Source: Heterodontus francisci
Taxonomy: Eukaryota
Direction: 5' to 3'
Length of the DNA stretch: 64,000 nucleotides
Assembly: GCF_036365525.1 (NCBI RefSeq)
Contig: NC_090411.1
Span: forward strand, 26,672,819 to 26,736,818
Numbering within the stretch: the stretch's first letter is position 1; each line of letters opens with the position of its first letter. A program made the position numbers and the translations under genes. The notes under the pieces were generated by a model. That model was not told where the DNA came from. It did no database searches and worked only from the letters and a program-made list of their open reading frames with translations. Below, in pieces: positions 1 through 14,425 of the stretch.

Positions 1-204
1 CTGGTTTGAACTTAATTAAAGGAGATTCGTAGGGATGTACTCCTGATTTGGTTTAGTCCCTATAAGAGGTTAAAGTCATAAATCACTTCAGGTGGCTGTA
101 CTGTCTGCATCACGAGCCATTAGAGCACAAATGTATGGGATAGGTTAGATGGACCAATTGGGTGCTTCATGTGTACCTCTGAGCTAGACTCACCATAACA
201 CAAA

Positions 205-470
205 TTAACATTTATATCATGTGCTTTCCCCAAAAAGGAGGAGAATACTCCAGTTGAGGCTGAACCAGGGTTCTATCCAACCTTAACATAACTTCCTTGA
301 TTTTGTACTCTATGCCCCTATCAATGAAGCCTATGATGCTTTCTGCTCTATTAATCACGCTCTCAACTTGTCCTGCCACCTTCAATGATTTGTGCATATA
401 TACACCCAGGTACCTCTGCTCCTACTTTAGAATTGCCCCCTTTATTTTATATTGTCTCTCCACGTTCTTC
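205..470 (-). mobile_element. CR1-like LINE ORF2 C-terminal fragment
   Basis: ORF 212..397 resembles the CR1 ORF2 end (HKSLKVAGQV...LVQPQLEYS..FW). Confidence 0.7.
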
Positions 471-484
471 CTACGGAAATTTTT

Positions 485-1317
485 TCTTTATTCATGAGAT
501 GTGGGAGTCACTGACTAGGACAGCATTTATTGCCCATCCCTATTCGCATCTGCTGTCCTTGTCCTTCTAGGTGGTAGAGGTCGTGGGTTTGGAAGGTGCT
601 GTCTAAGGAGCCTTGGTGCATTGATGCAGTGCATCTTGTAGATGGTACACACTGCTGCCAATGTGTGTCGGTGATAGAGGGACTAAATGTTTGTGGATGG
701 GGTGCCAATCAAGAAGGCAGCATTGTCCTGGATAGTGTCGAGCTTCTTTGTTGTTGAAGCTGCACCCATCCAGGCAAGTGGAGAGTATTCCATCACACTC
801 CTGACTTGTGCCTTGTAGATGGTGGACAGGCTTTGGGGAGTCAGGAGGTGAGTTACTCGCTGCAGGATTCCAAGCCTTTGACCTGCTCTTGTAGCCATAA
901 TATTTATATGGCTACTCCAGTTCAGTTCCTGGTCAATGGTAACACCCAGTGTGTTGATAGTGGGGGATTCAGTGGTTGTAATGCCATTGAATGTCAAGGG
1001 CAGATGTTTAGATTCTTTTTTGTTGGAGATGGTCGTTGCCTTGCACGTGTGTGGCGTGAATGTTACTTGCCACTTATCAGCCCAAGCCTGGATATTGTCG
1101 AGGTCTTGCTGCATTTCTACATGAATTGCTTCAGTATCTGATAAGTCATTGTTCAATCATCAGCGAACATCCCCACTTCTGACCTTATGATTGCAGGAAG
1201 GTCATTGATGAAGCAGCTGAAGATGGTTGGGCCTCCGAACACTACCCTGAGGAACTCCTGCAGTGATGTCCTGGAACTGAGATGATTGACCTCCAAGAAC
1301 CACAACCATCTTCCTTG
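485..1317 (-). mobile_element. L2/CR1-superfamily LINE, 3' portion
   Basis: ORF 683..1156 encodes the RT C-terminal region (DLDNIQAWADKWQVTF...YKAQVRSVMEYS). The 3' tail GGGCAATAAATGCT..CCCACATCTCATGAAT lies on the minus strand. Confidence 0.85.
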
Positions 1318-2475
1318 ATGTCTTGACATCAAGGCAGCATTTGACCGAGAATGGCATCAAGGAGCCCTAGCAAAACTGAAGTCATTGGGAATCGGGGGAA
1401 AACTCTCTGCTGGTTGCAGTCATACCTAGCACAAAGGAAGATGGTTGTGGTTTTTGGAGGTCAATCATCTCAGCTCCAGGACATCACTGCAGGAGTTCCT
1501 CAGGGTAGTGTCCTAGACTCAACCATATTCAGCTGCTTCATCAATGACCTTCCTTCAATCATAAGCTCAGAAATGGGGAGGTTCGCTGATGACTGCACAA
1601 TGTTCAGCACCATTCGCGACTCCTCAGATACTGAAGCAGTCTGTGTAGAAATGCAGCAAGACCTGCACAACATCCAGGCTTGGGCTGATAAGTAGCAAGT
1701 AACATTCGTGCCACACGAGTGCCAGGCATTGACCATCTCCAACAAGAGAGAATCTAACCATCTCCACTTGACATTCAATGGCATTACCATCGCTGAATCC
1801 CCCACTATCAACATCCTAGGGGTTACCATTGACCTGATACTGAACTGGAGTCGCCATATAAATACCGTGGTTACAAGAGCAGGTCAGAAGCTAGGATTCC
1901 TTCGGCGAGTAACTCAAGTCCTGACTCCCCAAGTCTGTCCGCCATCTACAAGGCACAAGTCAGGAGTGTGATGGAATACTCTCCATTTGCCTCGATGGGT
2001 GTAGCTCCAACAACACTCAAAAAGTTCGACACCATCCAGGGCAAAGCAGCCTTCTTGATTGGCAAACCATCCACAAACATTCACTCCCTCCACCACCATC
2101 GCACAATGGCAGCAGCATGTACCATCTACAAGATGCACTGCATCAACGCACCAAGGCTCCTTAGACAGCACCTTCCAAACCCACGACCTCTACCACCGAG
2201 AAGGACAAGGACAGCAGATGCATGGGAACACCACCACCTGCAAGATCCCCTCAAGCCACACACCATCCTGACTTGGAACTATATCGCCTTTCCTTCATTG
2301 TCGCTGGGTCAAAATCTTGGAACTCCCTACCTAACAGCACTGTGGGTGTACCTACCTCACATGGACTGCAGCAGTTCAAGAAGGCAGCTCACCACCACCT
2401 TCTCAAGGGCAATTATGGATGGGCAATAAATGCTGGCCTAGCCTACGATGCCCACATCCCATGAATGAATAAACC
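1318..2475 (+). mobile_element. L2/CR1-superfamily LINE, 5'-truncated (same family as 485-1317)
   Basis: RT motifs [11 protein letters not shown] and FADD, with stops and frameshifts; ends in a (TGAA)n tail. Confidence 0.88.
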
Positions 2476-2484
2476 AAAAAGTCT

Positions 2485-4440
2485 GGAAAACAGCCATTAA
2501 CCACCACTCTCTGTTTCCTGTCAATCAGCCGTTTTTGTATCCGTGTTGCTATTGTCCCCTTTATTACCTTCTCTGTAACCTCATCAAAAAACTCCAGCAA
2601 GTTGTTAAACATAATTTGCCCTTCACAAATCCGTGCTGGCTTTCCATAATTTACCCGAATTTGCCCAAGTGACAATTTTATCCCGAATTATTGTTTCTAG
2701 AAGCTTCCCTACCACCAAGGTTAACATGGCCGGCGTGTAGTTGCTGGGCTTATCTTTACACCCTTTTTTGAACAAGGATAAGATTTGCAATTGTCCTGTC
2801 CCTGGTACCACCCCTGAATCAAACAAAGACTGGAAAATTATGGCCAGTACCTCTGCAATTTCTACTCTCACTTCCTTCAGTATCCTTGGATGCATCTCAT
2901 CCGGTCCTGGTGCTTTATCAACTTTAAGTAGAGCTAGCCTATCAAATACCTCCTCCTTATCAATATTAAACCATTCAAGTGCCCAGCATCTTCTTCCTTA
3001 GTAAAGACAGATGCAAAGGGGGAAGCAATGACATAGTGATAATGTCACTGGACTGGTAGCCGAGAGGCCCAGGCTAATGCTCTGGGGACATGGGTTCAAA
3101 TCCCACCACGGCAGATGGTGAAATTTGAATTCAATTAATAAATCTGGAATTGAAGGCTAGTCTAGTGTGAGCAGGACCCCATTGTCGATTGTTGTAAAAA
3201 AAAACCATCTGGTTCACAAATGTTCTTTAGGGAAGGAAATCTGCCGGCCTTACTTGGTCTGGCCTACACGTGACTCCAGACCCACAGCAATGTGGTTGAC
3301 TCTTAAAATGCCCTCTGAAATGGCCACTCAGTTCAAGGGCAATTAGGGATGGGAAATAAATGATGGAACGAATAAAAAAAACCTCAGCCATGCCCCCTGC
3401 CTCCATTTCTTGGTCCCTAATTGGCCCACTCCTCCTTTCACCACCCTTCTACTATTAATATTCTCATAGAAGACGTTTGTATTCCCTTTTATATTAGCTG
3501 CCAGTCTCTTTTTATACTCTCTCTTTGCTTCTCTTATTTGCTTTTTCACTTCCCCTCTGAACCTTTATATTCCACCTGGTTCTTAGTTGTGTCATCCACC
3601 TGACATCTGTCATAAACACACTGTTTCTTCTTCATCTTAATCTCTATCTCTTTCATCATCCAGGGAGCTCAGAATTTGTTTACCCCACGTTACCCCTTCT
3701 TGGGAATATACATTGACTGTGCCCAAACTATCTCTTTTTTAAAGGCAGCCCATTGTTCAGTTACCATTTTGCCTGCCAACATTTGATTCCAATTTATCTG
3801 GGTCAGATCCATTCTTACCCTCATTGAAGAGTACGTTCTTCCAATCCATTATTCTTACTTTGCACTGTTCTTTGTCCTTTTCCATAGCTTACCTAAACCT
3901 TATGATACAATTATCACTGTTTTAATTTTACACCCGAGCTGGCCTTTACTCTGGGACATCCTCTCGCTCCAGTACTGCAATGTTCTCTTTCATCAAATCT
4001 GCTCACCTGCCCACTTTCCTTCCTTTCCTGAACACCTTATATCTAGGAATATTTAGTACCCAGTCCATCCCTACTTCTGGCCAGGTCCCCGTTATCGCCA
4101 CAACACCACACTTCCATGTGGCGATCTGGCCTGCAGCTCACCAACCTTATTTGCCACACTCTGCGCATTCACATACATGCACAGTAACCCTAATTTAGCC
4201 CTTTTTGCTTTCCCTCTTACTCTGACCCTACCCAATAACTCTCTATTTCCTAGCCTAGTGCAATGTGTCTCTCTCAATTCTCTGTGCACCTTGGTGTTCC
4301 CCTCTTCTATTAGCTCCTGATTCCCACACCCCTGCCAAGTTAGTTTAAACACCCCCCCAAGAGCACTAGCAAATCGCTCCACAAGGAAACCTGTCCCAGC
4401 TCTGTTCAGGTGCAAACCTTCCAGCCTGTACAGGTCCCAT
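2485..4440 (-). mobile_element. Decayed CR1 LINE with internal deletions and a nested SINE
   Basis: ORFs 2623..2895, 3343..3549 and 4092..4550 match CR1 ORF2/ORF1 (HPRILKE..FKKG..NY; GLHLNRAGT). Paralogous to 10955-13570. Confidence 0.85.
3017..3380 (+). mobile_element. tRNA-derived SINE
   Basis: A-box-like TGACATAGTGA and B-box GGTTCAAATCC; 3' end AAGGGCAATTAGGGATGGGAAATAAATG is shared with the LINE tail at ~2405-2432. Confidence 0.8.
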
Positions 4441-4442
4441 CC

Positions 4443-4677
4443 TAGATAGGAAGAAACTGTTGCCACTTGTAAAAGGATCAAGAACGAGAGGCCACAGATT
4501 TCAAGTAATTGGTAAAAGAAACAAAAGTTACATGAGGAAAACTTTTCCACGCAGCGTTAGGTTAAGGTTTGGAAAGCACTGCCTGAGAGTGTGGTGGAGG
4601 CAGGTTCAATTGAGGCTTTCAAAGGGGAATTAGACTGTTATATGAAAAGGAAGAATGTGCAGGGTTACAAGGAGATA
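4443..4677 (+). mobile_element. CR1 LINE 3' fragment
   Basis: Encodes a DRKKL..RTRGHRF-type CR1 C-terminus; paralog of ~14095-14325. Confidence 0.7.
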
Positions 4678-4859
4678 AACAAGTCAATAAATTAGCCTTC
4701 TCATTTCAAGCTTCTTCACAAAAATGCACATTTGTTGTTGTTTTTATTAATAAGATACATTTTAAATGCATTTATCTTTCGAAACTTGCTCACTGGCACC
4801 CCCTATGGCCCAAACAAATCGTAATGCGGCCCTCAGCCCAAAAAGGTTGGATGACCCTG

Positions 4860-5080
4860 TTGTAAACCATGTAATACTTCTTTAAATACTAGCCATGGCC
4901 TGTCTGACATCAAATCTTTTAATGTATTTTCCCAATCCACCATAACTAACTGGCTCCTCATGCCATCATATTTACCTTTGTTCAGATTTAAGACCCTAGT
5001 TTCAGAATAAACTGTATCTCTTTCAAACTTCATGTAAGATTCTATCATATTGTTGTCACTATTTCCTTATGGCTTCTTTA
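4860..5080 (-). mobile_element. CR1 LINE internal fragment upstream of type A promoters (also ~31050-31190, ~56640-56780)
   Basis: ORF 4833..5048 resembles the CR1 post-endonuclease region (RVLNLNKGKYDGMRSQL..VDWE). Confidence 0.65.
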
Positions 5081-5254
5081 CAGCACTGCCATTTAAAAGT
5101 TAGGATAAGGAGTCCCTCAGAGTAACAAACTAATGTAACTTTTCAGACCTGCGTCAAGCTTGTTTTAGTACCTCCCCACAACTGCCAAAATGAGGTTCTG
5201 GCGTATGTTTTATTGCCATTTTTAACTGGAGGCCCTTTTCAAAGTTTGCACTTT

Positions 5255-5500
5255 TCAGGGAGGTCAAAGATCAAATAAGCTGTTACATCATGGTTGAATT
5301 GTCAATCAAAGAAGCCTTGCCTTTAACATTCTGATTGGCTCCTGGGTCCCAAATACAACCCTGTGTTGATTGGAATCCTTGGACATGGCAGTTGTTCAAT
5401 TGATTAACGAGTGGTTGATCATCATTGATGATGTCATTTCCTGGTTAATAAAATGGTGTTGGGGTCCTGGAGTATAAATTCAAGTCCTTTGACAGTGTAG
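5255..5500 (+). promoter_or_regulatory. Proximal promoter of ferritin copy 1
   Basis: TATAAA 5473-5478; inverted CCAAT/Y-box CTGATTGGCT 5331-5340 and TGATTGG 5367-5373; CRE-like TGATGTCA 5429-5436; DR1-like AGGTCAAAGATCA 5261-5273. The block is conserved upstream of all five copies. Confidence 0.65.
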
Positions 5501-5577
5501 TTTTAGGTAGTTGGTATTATTTGGAAATTTGTGATAGTTTTTTTTTGTTGGTGTAAATTGAAAGCTACATTCACAAA

Positions 5578-8555
<2,978 letters not shown>

Positions 8556-8679
8556 TGTGACCATTTTGAATGTAGACTACTTTGCCTATATGTGACATGC
8601 ATTTCAACTCTACACAATTTCTCCACACTCAGCCACCCAGGAGAAAGCTGAATTGGAATTGATGTACCACATTAGTTGA

Positions 8680-8685
8680 AATAAA
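8680..8685 (+). terminator. Polyadenylation signal, copy 1
   Basis: AATAAA ~125 nt after the stop, at a homologous position in all copies. Confidence 0.7.
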
Positions 8686-10357
8686 ACTGTCTTCAATTGA
8701 TACTGCCTATTGAGAATTTTGTACACTGCAGACAACTGATACTTACTTTAATACGGCAACTTGTCATTCACAGTAGTCTGACATCAAATTACTTGATTTG
8801 CTGGTTGACTTAGCTAGTTAAAATAGTGGTTAGACTATGAATCTTGCACTGGCTTTCTCTTTCAAAGTTTGGTTGGGTGGTGGAAGGTGACTGTGTTCCT
8901 GAGCTTCTTGCCAATGACTTCAACTGTGTACCTCTAGTGACTCCTGAGCTTAAATGGTCATGGATTGAAGTACTAGTCCTGTTTGGGGTGTGGCTGCAGA
9001 GAAGTGGGGAGAAAAATGCTTTTCCTGGCCTTGAAGCTACAAATGTAACTAAAGCATATGTTTTTCTCCTAACTAGCCTCAGACTCCAATGTCTCATCAG
9101 GTTGTACTTTTTACTGTAAAAGACATCCTTGCATTGCAATAGCCTTTGGAGAAAGGAAAGGATTAAGACCATCTGTTCCCATTTCATCTTTGGATGCTAT
9201 GTTCATCCACAGATTTAATCTGTTTCTTCCTTCAGATGGCTAGGAAGTTGAAGGAGGTGTTCCTCAACTTACAAATCCTTAATTTCTAAAGGTAAATTAT
9301 GCCTTGCAAACAAATGTGAACTGGCTGGTCTGGACAAATTCAGCTCCATGTCACAAAGCATCCTAAATTGGACATAATGCCATTCCTCCATTATTGGCCA
9401 AAGTTTTGGAACTCTCTACCAATATCCTCTAACTTGTGTTTGTGCATAGGCTTGTGGCAGTGTACTGTCCATTTTAAGATGGATGAGTATCTGAATGGTA
9501 TGCTGCTTGCGTGTGGCCTTTGTCTCTAGTACATTCCTGGTTGCTGCATTGCTTGGAGGGAACATTGTTTCCTACCTGACAGTGCTGAGTAACTTCACTA
9601 GACAGCAGCTTTGAGGCAGCTCACCACTGCCACCCTCTTGTGGGCAACTCGAGCTGGGCAATAAATGCTGGCCTTGCTTGTAATGCCTACATCCTTTTAC
9701 ATGAATGAGAAATCCCATTGCTCCAATTAGAGCAGTTTGTGAATTTAGAAGTAGCCAGTCTAATGTTCCTTGAAGTAAACGATTCAAATATTGAACTGAA
9801 TTGTCCCCTCCATATACTGGCTTGACTTTCTAGCTTGGATGGTCAATATCCTGCAACTCTTTGGCTTTCCCCATTTCTCAACTGTGTGCATGATCTCGTA
9901 AAGAGGTATCTCCTGTAATATCAATAGTCAATATGATCTTGAGCTAGTTTCATTTCATGAAAGGCTTAGAGCAATTTTCTAGGTTTCTCACCCCACCAAC
10001 ATTGTTTAGATTTTTATCTGGTTCCCTGCCTCCAGCCAGTGATTACACACTTCTGTGTGATGAAGTGTAGGTATCATAGGCTTAATTAGGTAGAATTTAG
10101 ATGTAACTAATGATGACTGTTAGAATTAATGATTGAATAAATGGTCAGTTTTCAAGACATACTGAAGTTCCCTTTAAGGGCATAGTTAAAAATCAATGAA
10201 TGTGTACCAGAACACCTGTGAGGTTTGAGAAAACCTTTCCAAGGTCTCTGCTATATTGGGAACACAGCAAGACAGGCTATATGTGGTCTGTACTGATAAC
10301 TATAATCCTAATTCATTGTTAATGATAGACAGACTGATTTAAGAAGATGGTACAAGG

Positions 10358-10952
10358 TTCAATCATCAGCGAACATCCCCACTTCTGACCTTATGATTGT
10401 AGGAAGGTCATTGATGAAGCAGCTGAAGATGGTTGGGCCTAGAACACTACCCTGAAGAACTTCTGCAGTGTTGTCCTGGAACTAAGATGATTGACCTCCA
10501 ACAACCACAACCATCTTTTTTTTTTGCACTAGGTATGAGTCCAACCAACAGAGGTTTTCCCCCTGGTTCCCATTGACCCTGATTTGCTAGAGCAGGTCAG
10601 AAGCTAGGAATCCTCCGGCGAGTAACTCACGTCCTGACTCCCCAAAGCCTGTCCATCATCTACAAGGCACAAGTCAGGAGTGTGATGGAATACTTTCCAC
10701 TTGCTTGGATGGGTTCAGCTCCAACAACACTCAAAAAGCTCAACACTATTCAGGGAAAAAGCAGCCTTCTTGATTGGCACCCCATTCACAAACATTCATT
10801 CCCTCCACCACCATCGCACACTGACAGCAGCATGTACCATCGACACACCAAGGCTCCTTAGACAGCACCTTCCAAACCCACGACATCTACCACCTAGAAG
10901 GACAAGGACAGTAGATGCATGGGAACACCACCACCTGCAAGTTCCCCTCCAA
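10358..10952. mobile_element. Collapsed pair of oppositely oriented L2/CR1-type LINE fragments (paralog of 1150-2255)
   Basis: Minus-strand fragment ~10358-10590 joined to plus-strand fragment ~10587-10952. Confidence 0.8.
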
Positions 10953-11297
10953 GCTTCCCGACCACTGAGGTTAAAGTGACTGGCATATTGTTGCTGGGCT
11001 TATCGTTACACCCTATTTTGAACAAGGATAAGATTTGCAATTCTCCTGTCCCTGGCATCACCCCTGAATCAAACAAAGACTGGAAAATTATGGCCAGTAC
11101 CTCTGCAATTTCTACTCTCACTTCCTTCGGTATCCTTGGATGTATCTCTTCTGGTCCTACGGCCTTATCAATTCTCAGTACAGCTAGCCTATCCAATACC
11201 TCCTCCTTATCAATATTAAACCATTCAAGTGTCTGAATTACTTCCTCTTTCATCATGACCTGCCCAGCATCTTTTACCTTAATAAAGACAGATGCAA

Positions 11298-11657
11298 AGG
11301 GTGAGGCCAGTGGTAATGCCACTGGACTGGTAGCCCAGAGGTGCAGGCTAATGCTCTGGGGACATGGGTTCAAATCCCACCACGGCAGAAGGTGAAATTT
11401 GAATTCAATTAATAAATCTGGAATTGAAGGCTAGTCTAGTGTGACCAGGAAGCCATTGTCAATTGTTGTAAAAAAAACCATCTGGTTCACAAATGTTCTT
11501 TAGGAAAGAAAATCTGCCGTCCTTACCTGGTCTGGTCTACACATGACTCCAGATACACAGCAATGTGGTTGACTCTTAAAATGCCCTCTGAAATGGCCAC
11601 TCAGTTCAAGGGCAATTAGGGATAGAAAATAAATGATGGAATGAATCTAAAAAAAAC
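11298..11657 (+). mobile_element. tRNA-derived SINE (paralog of 3017-3380)
   Basis: Same B-box and LINE-derived tail, same insertion site in the CR1. Confidence 0.8.
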
Positions 11658-12563
11658 CTCAGCCATGCCCCCTGCCTCCATTTCTTGGTCCCTAATTGGC
11701 CCACTCCTCCTTTCACCACCCTTCTACTATTAATATTCTCATAGAAAACTTTTGTATTCCCTTTCATATTAGCTGCCAGTCTCTTTTCATACTCTCTCTT
11801 TGCTTCTCTTATTTGCTTTTTCACTTCCCCTCTGAACCTTTATATTCCACCTGGTTCTCAGTTGTGTCATCCACCTGACATCTGTCATAAACACACTTTT
11901 TCTTCTTCATCTTCATCTCTATCTCTTTCATCATCCAGGGAGCTCAGAATTTGTTTGCCCCACCTTTCCCCTTCTTGGGAATATACATTGACTGTGCCCA
12001 AACTATCTCTTTTTTAAAGGCAGCCCATTGTTCAGTTACCATTTTGCCTGCCAACATTTGATTCCAATTTATCTGGGTCAGATCCATTCTTACCCTCAGT
12101 GAAGAGTACGTTCTTCCAATCCATTATTCTTACTTTGCACTGTTCTTTGTCCTTTTCCATAGCTAACCTAAACCTTATGATACAATTATCACTGTCCCCT
12201 AAATGTTCCCCGCCTGATACTTGATCCACTTGGCCCACCTCATTTCCAAGAACCAGGGCTAGCAGTGCCTGCTTTCTCATTAGACTGGAAACAATACTGC
12301 TGTAGAAAATTCTCCTGAACACACTCAAGGAACTCTTGTCCTTCATTATCCTTTACATAACTGCTAGTTTATATTCAGATAATTAAAGTTCCCCATTGTA
12401 ACCACTCTATAATTCTTGAACTTCTCTGTAATTGCCTTCCAAATTTGTTCCTCGACATCTTTTCCCCTGGTTGTGGGTCCATAAACTACACCAAGCAATG
12501 CAGTTGCAACTTTTTTGTTCCTCAGCTCCAGCCAAATAGATTCTGTCCTTGACCCTTCTGGGA

Positions 12564-12943
12564 TAAAGCCTGGCTACCCGACCCGACCGCGACAACACCC
12601 AACTACATGTGTTGGGCTCAGGTCGCGTCTATATTCTGTGTCCAGCATTCAGGCTCGGGTGGGGTCGAGCATATTTGTTTTCTTTTTATTCCAAGTTTGG
12701 ACACGACTTTTTTCTGTATACGTCACTGGACTGGTAGCCCAGAGGCCCAGGCTAATGTGCTGGATATTATTAAATAACAATAACATGTTTGATATTATTA
12801 AATTCATTGCGATAGTCGGGTCGGGTCGGGTCGGGTCCGGCATGAACAAAAATTAAAGGACTTGGGCTCCCGTCAGGTTCAGTTTGGCTGTGGTCGGGTC
12901 GGGCCTGGGTCGGGTTTTAATTTTACACCCGAGCTGGCCTTTA
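12564..12943. mobile_element. Non-autonomous hAT-like DNA transposon (MITE)
   Basis: 8-bp TSD TTCTGGGA (12556-12563) / CTCTGGGA (12944-12951); imperfect TIRs TAAAGCCTGGCT...AGCTGGCCTTTA; subterminal CCCGA/TCGGG repeats; empty site visible at ~28040. Confidence 0.75.
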
Positions 12944-13574
12944 CTCTGGGACATCCTCTCGCTCCAGTACTGCAATGTTCTCTTTCATCAAAACTGCTCC
13001 TCTGCCCACTTTCCTTCCTTTCCTGAACACCTTATATCTAGGAATATTTAGTACCCAGTCCATCCCTACTTCTGGCCAGGTCACCGGTATCGCCACAACA
13101 CCACACTTCCATGTGGCGATCTGGCCTGCAGCTCACCAACCTTATTTGCCACACTCTGCGCATTCACATACATGCACAGTAACCCTAATTTAGACCTTTT
13201 TGCTTTCCCTCTTACTCTGACCCTACCCAATAACTCTCTATTTCCTAGCCTAGTGCAATGTGTCTCTCTCAATTCTCTGTGCACCTTGGTGTTCCCCTCT
13301 TCTATTAGCTCCTGATTCCCACACCCCTGCCAAGTTAGTTTAAACACTCCCCAATAGCACTAGCAAATCGCTCCACAAGGAAACCTGTCCCAGCTCTGTT
13401 CAGGTGCAAACCTTCCAGCCTGTACAGGTCCCATCTTTTCCAGAACTTGTCCCAGGAATCTAAAGCCTTCCCTTCTGCACCATATATCCAGCCACACTTT
13501 CATTTGCTCTATCCTCTATTTCTATACTCACTGATCCGTAGTACCGGGAGTACTCCAGAGATTACTACTTCCTC

Positions 13575-14030
13575 CAGAGAATCTACTCCTCCTGGCTGGT
13601 CGCCTACATTCTATCCTCCATAAACTTGAGGTCATCCAGAACTCCAGTGCCCTTGTCCTCAATCACACCAAGTCCCATTAAATCATCATGCCTGTCATCG
13701 TTGACTCACATGGGCACCTGGTTAAGCAATGCCTTGATTTCAAAATTCTCATCCTTCTTTTCAAATCCTTCATGGCCTCATCCCTCCCTATCTCTGCAAA
13801 CTCCTCCAGCCCCACAGCCCTCCGAGATATCTGCACTCCTCTAATTCTGGCCTCTTGTGCATCCACAATTTTAATCACTCCACCATTGGTGGCCGTGCCT
13901 TCAGCCGCCAAGAACCTAAGTTCTGGAATTCTCTCCCTAAACCTCCCTATCTGTCTAACTCTCTCTCTCTATTCCTTTAAGACGCTCCTTAAAATCTAGC
14001 TGTTTGATCAAGTGTTCGTCACCTCCATTT
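13575..14030 (+). mobile_element. L2 LINE 3' fragment (paralogs ~28685-29095, ~39750-40180, ~54275-54685)
   Basis: ORF 13688..13999 shows L2-like C-terminal residues (DFKILILLFKS..FKTLLK). Confidence 0.65.
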
Positions 14031-14064
14031 AGAATCATCCTCTCCCTCACTTACCTTCCATTGA

Positions 14065-14425
14065 ATCAAAATCTTGAGGGATCTGGACGGAGTAGATAGG
14101 AAGAAACTGTTCCCACGTGTGAAAGTATCAAGAACGAGAGGGCACAGATTTCAAGTAATTGGTAAAAGAAACAAAAGTGACATGAGGAAAACTTTTTCAC
14201 ACAGCGTGGTGTTAAGGTTTGGAAAGCACTGCCTGAGAGTGCGGTGGAGGCAGGTTCAATTGAGGCTTGCAAAGGGGAATTAGACTGTTATATGAAAAGG
14301 AAGAATGTGCAGGGTTACAGGGAGAAGGCGGGGGAATGGCATTAGGTGAAATGTTGATTCGCAGAGCCGGTGCAGACACGATGGGCCGAATGGCCTCCTT
14401 CGGTGCTATAACAATTCTACGATTC
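14065..14425 (+). mobile_element. CR1 LINE 3' end (paralogs ~29135-29470, ~40220-40575, ~54725-55060)
   Basis: CR1 C-terminus plus the 3'UTR motif GATGGGCCGAATGGCCTCCTT and an ATTCTAyG tail. Confidence 0.75.

Larger units (their letters stand above)
10955..13570 (-). mobile_element. Decayed CR1 LINE with a nested SINE and hAT-like element
   Basis: ORFs 10894..11373, 11606..11824, 12032..12346 and 13081..13347 are CR1-like. Confidence 0.85.

Noticed and set aside
5487-5505. CAGTGT as a functional IRE loop
   Set aside because: The flanks TTTGA/AGTTT cannot form the upper stem, it probably lies at or upstream of the TSS, and it is mutated in type B copies.
12810-12915. GTCGG tandem repeats as CRISPR or telomere-like array
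   Set aside because: Short subterminal repeats of a TSD-flanked DNA transposon; no spacers, eukaryotic context.
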